The translations under genes were made by a program, and so were the position numbers. Source: Lingula anatina (Eukaryota > Animalia > Brachiopoda). From it: a stretch of DNA of 64,000 nt. The DNA is taken from contig CM120641.1 of NCBI GenBank assembly GCA_051362555.1, forward strand, positions 17,298,001 to 17,362,000, in the 5' to 3' direction. Below the pieces are notes generated by a model. The model was not told the origin of the DNA, did not search any database, and saw only the letters and a list, made by a program, of their open reading frames with translations. Within the stretch, counting starts at the first letter, position 1. The number at the start of each line of letters is the position of its first letter. Shown in pieces: positions 12,301 through 26,000 of the stretch.

Positions 12301-15300
12301 ACTTATCCTTTACAAGTTGGTATACAACTCTCATGATGAACTACCTTTGGATTGCCAGCCCCTTCCTTGGCCACATATATCAACTGTAGAGCAGATTCTG
12401 CCACAGTCTTTGTCTGGTCTAATACTGCCATCTGTCTCTTAGAGTTCATGATCTTAGAGGCGGTGCCCACTGCAGCATCAGCCAGGGGGTCCAAATACGA
12501 GGCCATGTTGGTAACCTAGCAAAAACAAGTAATTTAACTGATGTACATCAATTTACTCTAGTAGACTTAATTAAAAGAAAGTACATAAAATCTGTTGACT
12601 GAGATGCAGTCATTATCATAGCTGAAAACAACATATCATTCAGAAATGTTGTTTTTGAACTATCTTTCAAACCTGTGTTATGTACATCTTTTTGGTATTG
12701 ATCAATAATGTAGCTAACAAATATTAATCAAAACAATTCTCTATTTAAGAAAGGTTTCTCACCAAGTGGCCCAGTTTCTCTGCCTCTCCCTTGCCTGCAG
12801 TCCTCACAGGGTCTATTCTATCTGCTATTTCTTGAGCACAACTGATCATCTGCTGCTGGAAGCCCTATAATTTCAAGTTAACACAATATACGTTATGTGC
12901 TATAAATGCATGCACGCACACACACATGCACACACAGACGTCACACAATGATATACAAAGCTAGAGAATTGACAACAATAAAGACTTCACATCCTGACAG
13001 ATGCCACTAGTAGAGTACAAAAACTTAAAGCATGTAAAAAAAGACATTAAATGAATACAACACATGCCACCTATTAAGTATGGTCTATGCTATCTCCATT
13101 ACCTGTTGGTTATTGTCATTCCTAGCTGGCAGGCTGTTACTAATGGCAGCCAGAGCTGCTTGGTCCAAATCCTTGATGGTAGAGGTCACCTTCTCTATAG
13201 CATCATCACACTCCTTCTGGCCTGGGGCACTCTCCCTGGAAGAACAGAGACAATTTTGATCAATACAGGGCCAAAATAAAAGTAGGGCATAAACACACAC
13301 ACAAAAAAATCAATTCAAAACGCTAATTTGGCCAACTGTTATTCATAAAAGACATTAAGTGTTTTTAAAAAATTTTCAAAATTATATTTAAGAATTATGA
13401 AAATGTGAGGTGCCACTAACCTAAAGTTATTACCTAAAGTTCCTATGGCATGTCTGAGGAATACTGGCACAAGAGTAATGCATTTATTTTGTCTTATAAG
13501 CTAAAACTGGACCTTATACATATTGTAAAGGTGAGAAAACACCACTTACTTCATGGCAGCAACTAGAGATTTGATGGCATCAGACACGCTCTTGGAGTGA
13601 TTGGAGTACAGTAAATAGGTTGGAGGGTCTTTAGGATGAGCTGCCAACTGCTTGGCTGCCTTCACCATATGACAGGCTCCATCGATCATTGCCTTGCCAG
13701 AGGAGATGATAGGCTCCTGCGCCTTCCTGGCCTGGTGTTTTTCAAGAAGAAATAAAATATATTTGAGAGATAATGATATGAGAATAAACTATGTACCAAG
13801 TTTCCCAACAAAAACCAAAGTCAAAATGTGTAATAATGAATGCAGAGTCTTTTGCAAGAAGAGCTGTGATTTTTTTGTATAAGAAATACATGTCAAGCCA
13901 TATTGTCCTTTCATTTTGTTTCTAGTGTTATGAATTTCTTAAATCTTAAATAAACAATCTGTAAACTGAAATATTAACAGTGTCACACAAATCAATTTTG
14001 ATTTATCAAATAAACTGAGTAGTTTTAAACATCAAAGACAAAAAGCCCTTAAAACTATTATCAGCCAGGAATATTTTCCCCATTTGCACCAGTTACTGAC
14101 TTCTCTGCTGATCTTTGCTGGTACGCTGGTGAATTCTGGGGAGGAGGCGAAGGTGGTCAGCTCCTCCACTGCTCCAATCAGAGGCTTGGCCGCATCTGCA
14201 CATCTCTTACGGTTCTGCTCGGAGAAGTCAGAGTCCAATGCCTATCCATAACAAAACACAGAGTTTACAAATATTTTAATCCCCACTGTGTATTTATTCG
14301 ATATAGAAGATGCTTTTGATTTGCAAAATCCGGCAGATTCTTGAGAATTTGAAATTTCTCATGTTACCATAGTAAAATTTCAAAGAAAGAAATGGAAGGA
14401 ACTTGTTTCATACTTCGCTGCTCAAAATGCATATATATCATTTCTTAAATATTTCCAGATAATCTACATTCGGATCTCCTTTCTCTCACCTTAATAGCTT
14501 TCACCAGGTTTGCTGTACTGTTAGCTACGTCTTTAGCTGATTGCACAAAATGTCTCTTGGCCACTGGGTTGGTTGTTTTTGATGACGCCACTCTACAGAT
14601 GTTACACAGCGCAGACGTATGTTTGGCCACCACTGTAGCTGCTGACAGCACCTAGTGGATCAAGAAATGGTAGAACTAGTTATAAAATGCCACTTTTCAT
14701 CATTATAAATTACAACTTCTACATGTGCAATAATGTAATCAAGAGTAATTGTGAAATAAATTCTAAACAAATGGCCCAACTCCACCTTTTTTTCTGAAGT
14801 TACATAGTGAAGTTACATAATAAAACAAACAATCTATCCAACCACATCATCACACTGCCTCCACATTGAAAGATGTTTATAAGATCCAATAAAACTCTTG
14901 AAGAACCATACTACTGAGCCTTACCACTTTCTTGAATTCCTTTTGGAAGCATAGAGATTGTCAAAAATGTGAGTTTGTATGCTGGTATTGTAGGTAATTT
15001 TATCACAGAATTGAAGTCTACATGTACAATATCATAATTACTTTAATTGCACCTCAGGACAAATGACCTCTCATAATGGTGCCCAAAATGGGTAAAGAAA
15101 TTTGAACATTGTCTTAACAATTACTTTAAACAAGTTATGAAAGGTGCTTAAGGTAAGGTAGTGCTTCACCTTTTATTAAGATTCAGAAATAAAACAAAAA
15201 AGAAACATTTGTTTCATCTATTATGGATATTCATGCTAACTAGATAATTATCTAATAGGTGTCCTATCCCATGAGTTACTAATTGGGTTTTAACAGAATA

Positions 15301-18300
15301 CTTCTACAAAACATTTTTATACGCTACATATATACAGAAAATTATTACACTGTTAAAAAGCCTGCAGAAACAAAAATAATACCAAAAAGCTTGTGGAACA
15401 GTAAGCAAATGGCCTCATCCACTTGGTGCATGGACACTGTATGAGCTACCACAACAAATACAATATCTAATTTGTATAATATAACAGCAAATCTGTATCT
15501 ACCACACCAAGGTATTATTCTAGGACCTGATCCTACAAATTAACTTTTAACAGTGCAGAAATGCAACAACCTTTTGCCAACAATGTGCAAAAACACATTT
15601 AGCCAACTAAAACCATTTTGAAAGAAAACCCATGATACTTCAGAAAATTTTCAATGACATAACTACTCTCTAAATGTGCAACTACAAGCTACTCTAAAAT
15701 AATCAAGCAGTCTTTAAAACCATGTTTTGAAAAAGAGTTAAAAGTTTGCACAAATGAAAACAAATGCTGCAAATCCTGAATATGGTTACATAAAATCCTA
15801 TGGCTAATCTTAAACAAAATGCCATCTATTCCCTTTGATAAAAATGAAAATAAACAACAAATTAATTCCCATACAATAACTCCATTCAATAGGGATCATG
15901 CCATATAAATGACCACCAAATACTCCATTAACCATCATGCAACATCCAATATGGCACTTCACTCACCTGCTGCTGCGTGCTGGAGGGATCTGTTAGAGTC
16001 TCACATGCCATCTGGATGGCTTGGTTTGCCCGTGAGAACTGGGACTGGTCAACCAGGCCTGGTTTTCCCGGTTCAGAAGCTCTGTCTGATATCCCCACCA
16101 AGTAGGCTGCCTGTAACACAACAAAAACTTCACAAGTTTGCTCCTAAAGACTTGTACATGGCATTATGACATTCAAAGGACTGAGAGTCCACTTTTACAA
16201 ATTGTAGAAGCACTGCAATGACTGGTTTTCCTCTTAAAATTAATCTTTTTCTGCGGCTTTAGTCTTCTTTAAGACAATAAAAGCATACTCTTACCTGTGC
16301 AGCAGCCTCAGTGAGTCCACACACAGATCCAGCAAACTGCTTGACAGAGCCACAAAACTCTTCCAGTGCACCTCTCTTGGCATGGTCTGTTATACCTAGC
16401 ATACTATCTCCTAGTGCCTGGAACAACATTTTAATTAAAATTTGTTTCCTGCATTATTCACTTATTATTCCAGAGTGCTTATTATGTCTAATTTTCAAGC
16501 CAGGTTCATATCTGAATTAAAGTTGCCTTCATAGGGAAACATTTTCCAATCTATGACATAAATGATTGTTTCTCTTGAACATGTGCATCCTAATTTATAT
16601 ATTTTTTATTTTGTCATTAATTTACCTTTGATTTCTCCATCACAGAATCCACACAATCAAAGTATGAGGCATCACTAACAGGCTCTGTTGGGTTGTCTAG
16701 CACATTATGCATCACCTATAATGGAATAAAAGCATATGAAATACAATGATTACTCATATCTCCCCAAAATAATCCTTGTTACAACACAGCACCACCATAT
16801 AAGACAAGCTGCTGAAAATGTACTTGAACTATGTAACATAACAGAATGCGTGTGACTAATGTGTAACATGTTATTTTAACAATGTATTATCAAAATATTG
16901 CAGTTACAATAAAACAATATGTTATCAATACAAATACTGGCTGACATATTAAGTTTCTCACTATATTCCTATACAACTTGCCTGTATCTGCCTTAATGCA
17001 TTATCACACTCCTTTTGTCCTGGTGCTGATGTGGTACATATATCAATCAGCTGGTTGATGCTGTCAGTGACTGCCCTGGCTGCCTGGGACAGCAGATTCC
17101 TGGCATTGGGAGCATTGGGGTCAGCCGAGAGCGACTTGGCAGCCAGTAACAGCTTACTGGAAACCATAGATACACTTTTCAGACCACTCACTATCTGGGA
17201 CTGGACCTCTCTCTCCTTGGTCATTCCAGCAAATGTCATCCCTAAGAATGAAATATTGGATTGTTGTTTTATCAAAATAGATTGAAGAGAAAAAATATCA
17301 GGGTACAAGAAAAAAATACATTTTATTTTAAGTTTAAAAACCAATTTATAATAAATGTATTTTAAGTCACAATACTGGCAATATCAAATTGACAAAATAA
17401 TATTTTGGAATACAAAAAGGATATGTATAATTATACATGCTGAGAAGATCATATCTGAAATAAGCAAGATATAGGCTAGAGACTGAATACTGACCTTCAT
17501 TGACCAGTTCAGAGTAGGACTTGCAAGCAGATATAGATTAGACTAAAGTAGATAGACTAGAGTCTGAATACTGACCTTCACTGACCAGTTCAGAATAGGA
17601 CTTGCTGTAGCTGTTGGAGGCAGTAGCCAGCTGCTGTGGGGTACCCTGGGCAGCTGCCACCACATCTGTGGTTGCCTGGTTCAGGTTGTTGGCTGCAGCA
17701 CTCATCTCATTCTGAACCTCGGAGAAGCTCTTGTCTGTGTGTGGAAACTGAAATTTGAAGTCACATACATTATCATGTATACTGTTGGTCTGGAATTTTA
17801 AAAGAGAATAATTTTTGCTAAAATTCATAAAACTGAAGAAACAAATATAAATAATTACAAATAAAACAACGAACTGCAGTATTTGTTTGTATTTTAGTCT
17901 TCTATTTTCTCCAGATCTGCTCTTTCCTTTCCTCATGCTATCTTTTTACAAGCATGCATTGATGAATTTAAATAAAATGCCTTCTATTCCATTAGAATTT
18001 CATTTGGTAACTACCACAATGTATTGCTGCAGTACTGTTTAAAATGTTACCTGTCCTGAAGATATGGTCTGGCTCATGCTGCTGATTTCTTTGATGGCAG
18101 CATCTACATCCCTCTGTCCTGGGAGGCAGTTCACACAGTTGTTCAGTGCATGAGACACTGCCTTAGCAACCTGGGAGAAAACAGCTACAAATATCACCAA
18201 GGTAAGGGGAGAAGTAGAGAATTACAGCTAAAGTGTGTATGGTGCTAATCTTGAGCTCTGCTGATATGCCACACTGTTGTTTTAATTTAGTATGCTAAAG

Positions 18301-20058
18301 CAGAAAACTATATAAGTCTAAATGTTAAGTTCAAATTATGACTTCAGTTCATACATGAAATAGTACCCTACAGCCACAACATGCAGCTTTGGCAATTATA
18401 CTTTAAATATTGTCAAGTGGACACTTTGTGGACACTGTGTCACTGCACTCAGATATCAAATAACATGACATAAACCTCACCTGTGCCAGCCTCTGCTGGT
18501 TATCAGGACTGTTAGGACTACTGACGGCTCTCTTTGCCTCTTCAATCAACCTGGCGGATTTATCCATGACATCTCTGGCCGCATCGATGATATTCTGCTG
18601 GACTTTCCTGTCATCTGAGCACGCTGCCACACCACGAACAGCATTGGTGAGGACACCAAGGGCATTGGCGGTGTCTTTAGCAGCAATTCCTGTGTAGTTC
18701 TCATTTCCCTGGGCAGCTGCTGTGAGGAGCTGAGCCATGGAAGAGCCTACCATCTTGGAGGTGTGACCCAACTGGAGGGCTGAAGATTCCATCTGGAAAT
18801 ACAACAAAAATAATAAATAATAGAATTGTAAGACCTGTATATGAAATGCTATAACATACTAAAAACCAAAAATAAAGTAAATGCATAATATAATGAAGAC
18901 ATCTTTCATATAAGATCTTAACATATGCATCTTTGGGGCTCATGTTACATGTTATCCATGTAGGAGGTAATAATGGTTTCACAATGGTTTCTCAAAAACA
19001 AAAAATATTACTTAGTCAACTAAAAAGAGAAAGTTTCCACTGTGGAAGCCTGAAGTCCTACATACCGTCTCTCCAGGCAGTGGCAGCAGTTTACCAGCCT
19101 GACATGTTTGTTCTATTTCTTCCAGCTCCCTTTCCAGGTCATTGATGTGAGCCAGAGCACCATCTATCTCCAGCGTTCCACAAGCTTCCTGTGCCTGAAA
19201 TGGATTGAATGTAGTAAATATATAATAACTGAACAGCACACATTTTAAAGACTTAAAAAAAAAAACACCATTCATAGAAAACCTTGTTAATAAAAATATG
19301 TGGTACAATAAGGCAAAAAAGCTCACTCTGCAATGAAGAATGTTAAACGATGATAGAAAAATTTCATATCACAATACAGGTTACTGTACCACTGACTAAA
19401 AACTTTTGATGATCAAGTTTGATAGTTATTATTTTCTATCTGATATATCATTTTGCAGATTCACCCTACCTTTGCTGCAGCTGTCCTCAGTTCTGCCAGG
19501 GCTGCTGACATGTTCTTGGTAGCATTAGTGAGACTAAGAGCAGTGGCTTGGTCTGAGACAGTGGGAGTAGCAGCCTTAGCACTGTTCACTAGACGACTGC
19601 TCACCTGAGGGAGAAGATCATATCACATATTATATATATTGATATATATAAATTTGTATACTGAGTGGCCCTTTGGGACACCAGAGTCTATGATCTACTG
19701 GTATACAGCAGAAACAATGGCCAATGACATTAGTGAAACTAGGATCTGTGGCTTGCCTAGAGAAATTCTTTGAGACTTTCAAAATTTGAAGCAGCTAAGT
19801 ACATAAAATGCAACTTGCTGTTTTGAAGTATCACAGTTTATCACATTAAAATATTTCACTTTACCATCTATATCAATACCTTTACATACACACACATTCA
19901 TACTACATGTGCACACATATACACCTATCCTCATCTATATTATGCCAATACTTGCAGACTGTGCACACCTGCCTGCATCATATTTTCACTTGGATACACG
20001 CATTATAGGTTAACATACATGCACACATACACAGGCACTTAAACATGCACACAGGTAA

Positions 20059-20093
<35 letters not shown>

Positions 20094-23000
20094 TGTATAT
20101 GTATATACATGTACCACACGTGCACACACATATACACTAAAGCAGTCACACGTACACGTACCTGAATCATATCTTCACTGGCATTGATAAGGTTCAGCTG
20201 GGCTGTAGGGCTGTCTGGAGAGTGCAAGGTGCCCCGAATACCCTGCACCAACTTGGGAATTTCATCAGCTGTGCTCTAAGAGAAAAAAATACATCTTTAG
20301 AAATCTTACTGCACTATTAATATGATTTTTCTGCTTCACAAGGAGTGCAAATCTGAAATCCATTGTGAACTTGAAATTTGTCCAGCACACTAGCAAAAAA
20401 ACTAAAAAATATGCTGAAAAATGAAAAAAACAGCATAAATTCTACAATAATGGCCCGATCATGCTGATTTTCGAACTTGACCTGCGTTTTATGAATATTC
20501 ATCAGCTCTGTAAATATAAAGCCAAAAAGTAAAACTGTCTTCCACTTATGGTGTTAACGCTGAAAGTGCACGGCAACATGATCGGCGACGGCGACGGCGA
20601 CGGCGACGACAGACGCAGGTGATGGCAATATGTACAGACACATCTGTGTCTGTACATAAAAATTAGCAAAAGACTCTTGCAAACTTCCTTACAATCTAAA
20701 CATAAAATGTCACACGCAAATATGAATGCCAATAGCGCCTGACTGTTCTTACCTTACAGCTAGCATTGAGCTGGTTCTGGGAGGCAGGGTTCCTGTTTGA
20801 TTTCTCAGCTGCTTGAGATGCATTGATCAGCTGGGTGGCAGCAGAGGCAGCCTGTTTGGCAGCCACCTATAAACAAAATTATAATGCACAGATATAGTCA
20901 TCATCAGGTTTAGATGGACAACTACTACTGCTACAAAAATATCCACAACTTGGGTCATAAATTTATTAGCAATCCAAAAAAACTAACTGCATATATTGCA
21001 TATACAAAAATTTAGAATTTATAATAATATGTAATAAACAACCTCCATCAAGCATCATTTTAACGTCTCAAAGTTTATGGTGTACTGAACAGCATATAGA
21101 GCCTACCTCCAGTGTCTTAATTAGCTTCTTCTTGAGTGCATTACTGGCCGCTTTATTTGTGGCAGACCTCAGATCCTCTGCGGCTGCCTTCAGGTGCTGC
21201 TGTTGGGAAGAGTCATTGGGGTTGGAGGCACAGCCCTAGAGTGAATAAAAACATTTATTCACAGTCACAGATGTTTTGACATTGAGATAAGAAGATGATT
21301 AAAGCCTAACTGGCCAATGAAAATCAATTCATTACAGAACTTTACAAAATTACCTGCAGTGGATGATTGCCATTTTGACACTGGCTAGGTATGAAAACTA
21401 CTACGATTTTGACAATTGATATACTTTTTGTTCTGACTTACTTTATTTTTCTGTGTCTAAGTACATTTCACACAACATGCAGTATTGTCCTTAATTTCTC
21501 TAACAAAGGAAAAAATAAAACCCAGCTATGATTTGACAATAACCATGAGAAAATTCATAATTTTTAACAAGGCTAGTCTTTTTGTATTATAAAACAGATG
21601 ATATTCACCTTAGCTGCCTCCACCATCCTGGCTGTGGCATCAGCCAATACTTTAGCTGCTGCCAGCAGGCGTTTCTGCATGTCTGGTTCTGAGTGACCCT
21701 CCGCCTGCCCCTTGATAGCATTCACAAGCTGGGAGGTGGCCTGGAAAAATAAATACCAATGATTATCATTATGATCATTATACAGTCTTAAAATACAAAC
21801 CAAAAACTGACTAAAGTCTATTTTTGCTGTTGTTTTATCAAAAATTAGCTTTCATTTTTGTACTGCAAGTTAATCAAAGAGATAAATGAAGATTTTCTAC
21901 TCACCTGAGCCAGTACCCTTGCCTGTCGTACCATCTCAGGGGCATCCCCCATGCTACTGAACAGACGGTCTGTGGCTCCCAGTATAGCCTCTACAGCTAC
22001 CTCTTGCTGGCCTCCCTATACAACATACACATACTTCATATACACTAATAATCACAATAGGAGACCAATTTGTGGGGGAAAAATTATAGGTTGGCAACAA
22101 AAAATAAGCCTTCAGCCATAAAAGGGACATTCATAATTGCAATCTTATGAAAATGAAAGTTAAAGCAAATGTCAATTACAGCTCAATCCACTGCCGCCCA
22201 TTTTAGCATTAAAAGGGACGTTCATAAATTTAATCCCATGAAAATAAAAGGTGAAGGCAATTGTTCTAACAGCTGATTCCACTGCCACCCCCCTTACCTG
22301 TCCTCCTCCAGACCCCTGCTTAATGTGCTGTAGTAAGTCATTCAAAGCCTTGGTGACAGCTGTGGCTGCTGCTCCCAACTCCTGCAGTAGTCTGTCATCT
22401 TTACATGCAGTCTGAAAATATTGTAAAGAATTAGCCTGAGGTTATTAATTCAAACTAGATAATCTAATCGTTTACAGCCTTGGTGGAAGCAAAAACTGAA
22501 ACAAATGGCACAGAGCATGTACAGTAAAAAATCAAAAAATAACTAATACTGCATTTTTTCTTTAAAGATTAATCCCATTCAATGAATTCCACTTAATACT
22601 GTCATGTTTAGATTTAAAAACAGCAAAACACTGCCATATTTCTTCAAATTGAAATCTAATATTAATCCTAAATATAATGTGAACTGCATGTATTGAAATA
22701 TACTGTAAATACATCTATGTATTCATATACCTGTGCAGTCTCCACAATACCTTCTACTGACTTTGCCACTAACTTTGCTGCCTCTACCAGCTGTTCTTGG
22801 CAAGCTGGGTTGCTAACTGTAGGGGCTACAACCTGGAACAGCACAGTACAAGCTGTTAAAATGTATGAAACACTTTTCACATGTAGAACAATTTGACCCC
22901 CCAAAAATTCTGTTCTTAAATGACAAGTAACTTAAGTTACTGTTTTAGACTACATGACTGTACAAAATGTTACAACATACAATGTGTTTGAGTGAACAGT

Positions 23001-26000
23001 TTCATAAGTTATGGACAGGTTGGATCTAATACATGAATAATGTTCTTATTGTCGAGAACTATGAAAAACTGAAAGGTATTCTGTCCAATACTTTCATGGA
23101 GGTAATACCTCAGCATTTCTCACAGCACTTGATAAGAAAAACATGTTTTAGATAAATTATGTTGTTGTAAGGCCCAACACAGACATCCACAATTACACAA
23201 AAAGTAAATATGCATTTTGTTAAAAGTATCCTTTAATTATCAACAGATCAAAATCTACCATAAGGCTGGTAGCCTTACCTTGGTGCAGGCTACAAGTTGT
23301 GAGGTGGCCAGAGCACACTGTGTGGCTGAGCTGATCACACGGTTCTGTAAAGCTTGGTCATCACACTTACTGGCCACTCCCTTGGCCTTCAGGACCAGAG
23401 CGGCCGTGGCATTGGCCACTGCCTTAGCTAAGGCCAGTAGGGCATCCTGGAACGCCTTGTCCACCTCGTCTGTCCCATCTCCTGCAGTTTTCATCACCTC
23501 ATTGCTGGCCTCTCCGATCTTACTGGCAGCCGTCAGCAGGTTCTGACGTGGCTGAAATTACACAGCAAATTAAATTTGACCATTATATCTCCATTGTCCC
23601 TAGCATACTTCAACATCTTATAGCTGGAGCTTTTGATATCGTCTGAAATTCTGACATCACAAATCCCAAGTACAAATATATCATGCAAAATCCTCCAATG
23701 AATTCTCATTACTATTTTCATTACTTCTATGTGGGTACTATGTTTGTCTTAAAAATAATACAAATATGACTTAATGCAATATCCATCACAAAGCCATTCA
23801 TCTTATTATTTTTCAAATTTGAAAATAATAAAAATCTATTTCTGTGATAAGAAAAAAACTGAAGTATTGTCTAAATAATAGATTTTCTTATTGAAATAAA
23901 AAAAACACTTCAAGAAGACTATTTTTGTCTCACCTCTGAGCTTCCAGGCTGGGCAGCTTTCAGGAGATCTGAGAATGCACCTGCAAGTCTTCTGGCTGCA
24001 TCCAGGAGATTATCTCCAGCTTCATCATTCTCCTGTAGTGCAGCCAGCATTCTGACATCTTTAGCAAACTCAGTCATGTTTGCAGTACTGGAATGTAGAG
24101 ATTGAAAATAAATAAATAAATGAAAAATTAAAAGTGCTGTTGCACATGTAAGTATTAAGTGTAATGCATCATACAGTGTTTACAAATTATTTTACGAAAC
24201 GTTAGTTTGATGTAAGCAAAAACAGACACATGACACAATATAGCTCCATATACAGAAGTATAAGAGTTACATTTTGTCTGTACAATTACAGAATGAATAA
24301 TAAATGATTTTGTAATCTATTTTATAATACAATGATGCTTTACAGAATAAAATGTTATATTTGCACCTTATATTTATCATTCTAAAAATATGTACAGATG
24401 TAAGACCTTTAACATGATGCCATTATACCCACTTTTTAGGTTTTAACATAAAGCCACAACTCCTTACACTTTTACTACAGAATCATCATAACCATTATTA
24501 TATACGCAATTCCACATCATCTAATTATAATAATAACTGATCACATACATGGTTGACACAGCCGATCCTACAGCGGTGTAGTCGGTGTCGTCTGGTCCAC
24601 CAGAAGTCATAGTGACCACCTGCGCCGTGGCAGCATTCATGGCGGACAGTTGAGAGCCAATGTGGTGCTTGGAGACATCCAGTGCATTCTCCTTCCACTT
24701 CTTAGAGGCCTGGGGAGTTGGAAATATATAAAAAATATATCAGAATTTTATGTAAATGTACAAAATTATGACTTCTGTGAGGAAACTGATACCTATTAGT
24801 TGATCAATGTTGGACAGAAGTATTTTTCTTATCTACTGAAAATGATTAGTAATTGCAAACATCACTACACTTTACCAAATAGATACACAGCTGAATATCA
24901 TTCTTTGTTTCCAAGCACAATACTTTTCATCTGCATGTTTGTCTCAACTTTCACACATATATAACTAATCAAAAAATAAGATGGTGAGGAAGGTTGTCTT
25001 ACATGATCAGGTCCTAGTGGAGGCAGCTCAGCTCTCTGGTGCATGCTGCCCTCTACTGTCTCTATATCAGTGATAGCTGAGTTCATAGAGCTCCACAGTC
25101 CTCTCTGTGCATGGGACATTCCCTGCATCTGAGCATTCTGACCCTGGAGAAAGAAAGCCAAGAACCCTTATCCTTGTTCAAAAGCAGTTACATCTTTTGA
25201 TATTTTGTGAAGAGATTGTAATACCTCATACACTTCATACCTCAGTCATTAAAACCTGTTAATTTACTGGAAAACTTCAAATGTGTTTTAAACCATTACA
25301 TTTATTCACACTACTAAGTTATACACGCAATTCATAGGTGACTGTAAAAAGTATCAGATCAGGCCCATAGCCAGGGTGGCTATGGAACAAACTGCCCTTT
25401 TTGCGAGGGAAAAGGTACCCTCTGGGAAATATTTTATCTAAGTGCCAGAGGTTTCATTGAGAAAAAGAACCCCTTTTAAAATTGCTGGTGATGTGCCTGC
25501 AAATTGTCTTCTACTCACAGCTGGAGGAGCATGCCCCTGGTGGAACTGGTTCTGTATCTTGCCATACTGTGGCTGCTGCATGCTGCCATGAGAGAACTGG
25601 GCCTGTCCCTGCCCCCCAGCTCTCAGCACTGCAGGCATGGCCACATTGCCCGTCACTGCCTGGCCTGTCTTGGACGACTGGTGCTGAATAATGGTGGCCC
25701 TGAAAAGGACATAAAGCTTTGTCATAAAGAATATAAACAATTTTTTTCTTTCTCTCTTTTTCTGTGGAAGACTGGTGCTGATTACTGGTTTCCTGGAAAA
25801 GGCAAAAATCATTTTCTAACTTTCAACTATTCCTCTCCAATGCAATACAGTGGTAATTTCAATGCAGCACATTTTGATCTCAAGACTTACTTTGCTGGGG
25901 AAACACTCTCCTCAAGCATAGTGGATTCCTCATCGCCTTCAATGCCCAGGTGATCTTTGGCCTTTTTCTGATAAAAAAAAATATCGACAAATAGTCAAAG

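Noticed and set aside
25360-25499. Possible hAT-like MITE (caggcccatagcc ... ggtgatgtgcctg)
   Set aside because: The termini match only loosely and no TSD is evident.
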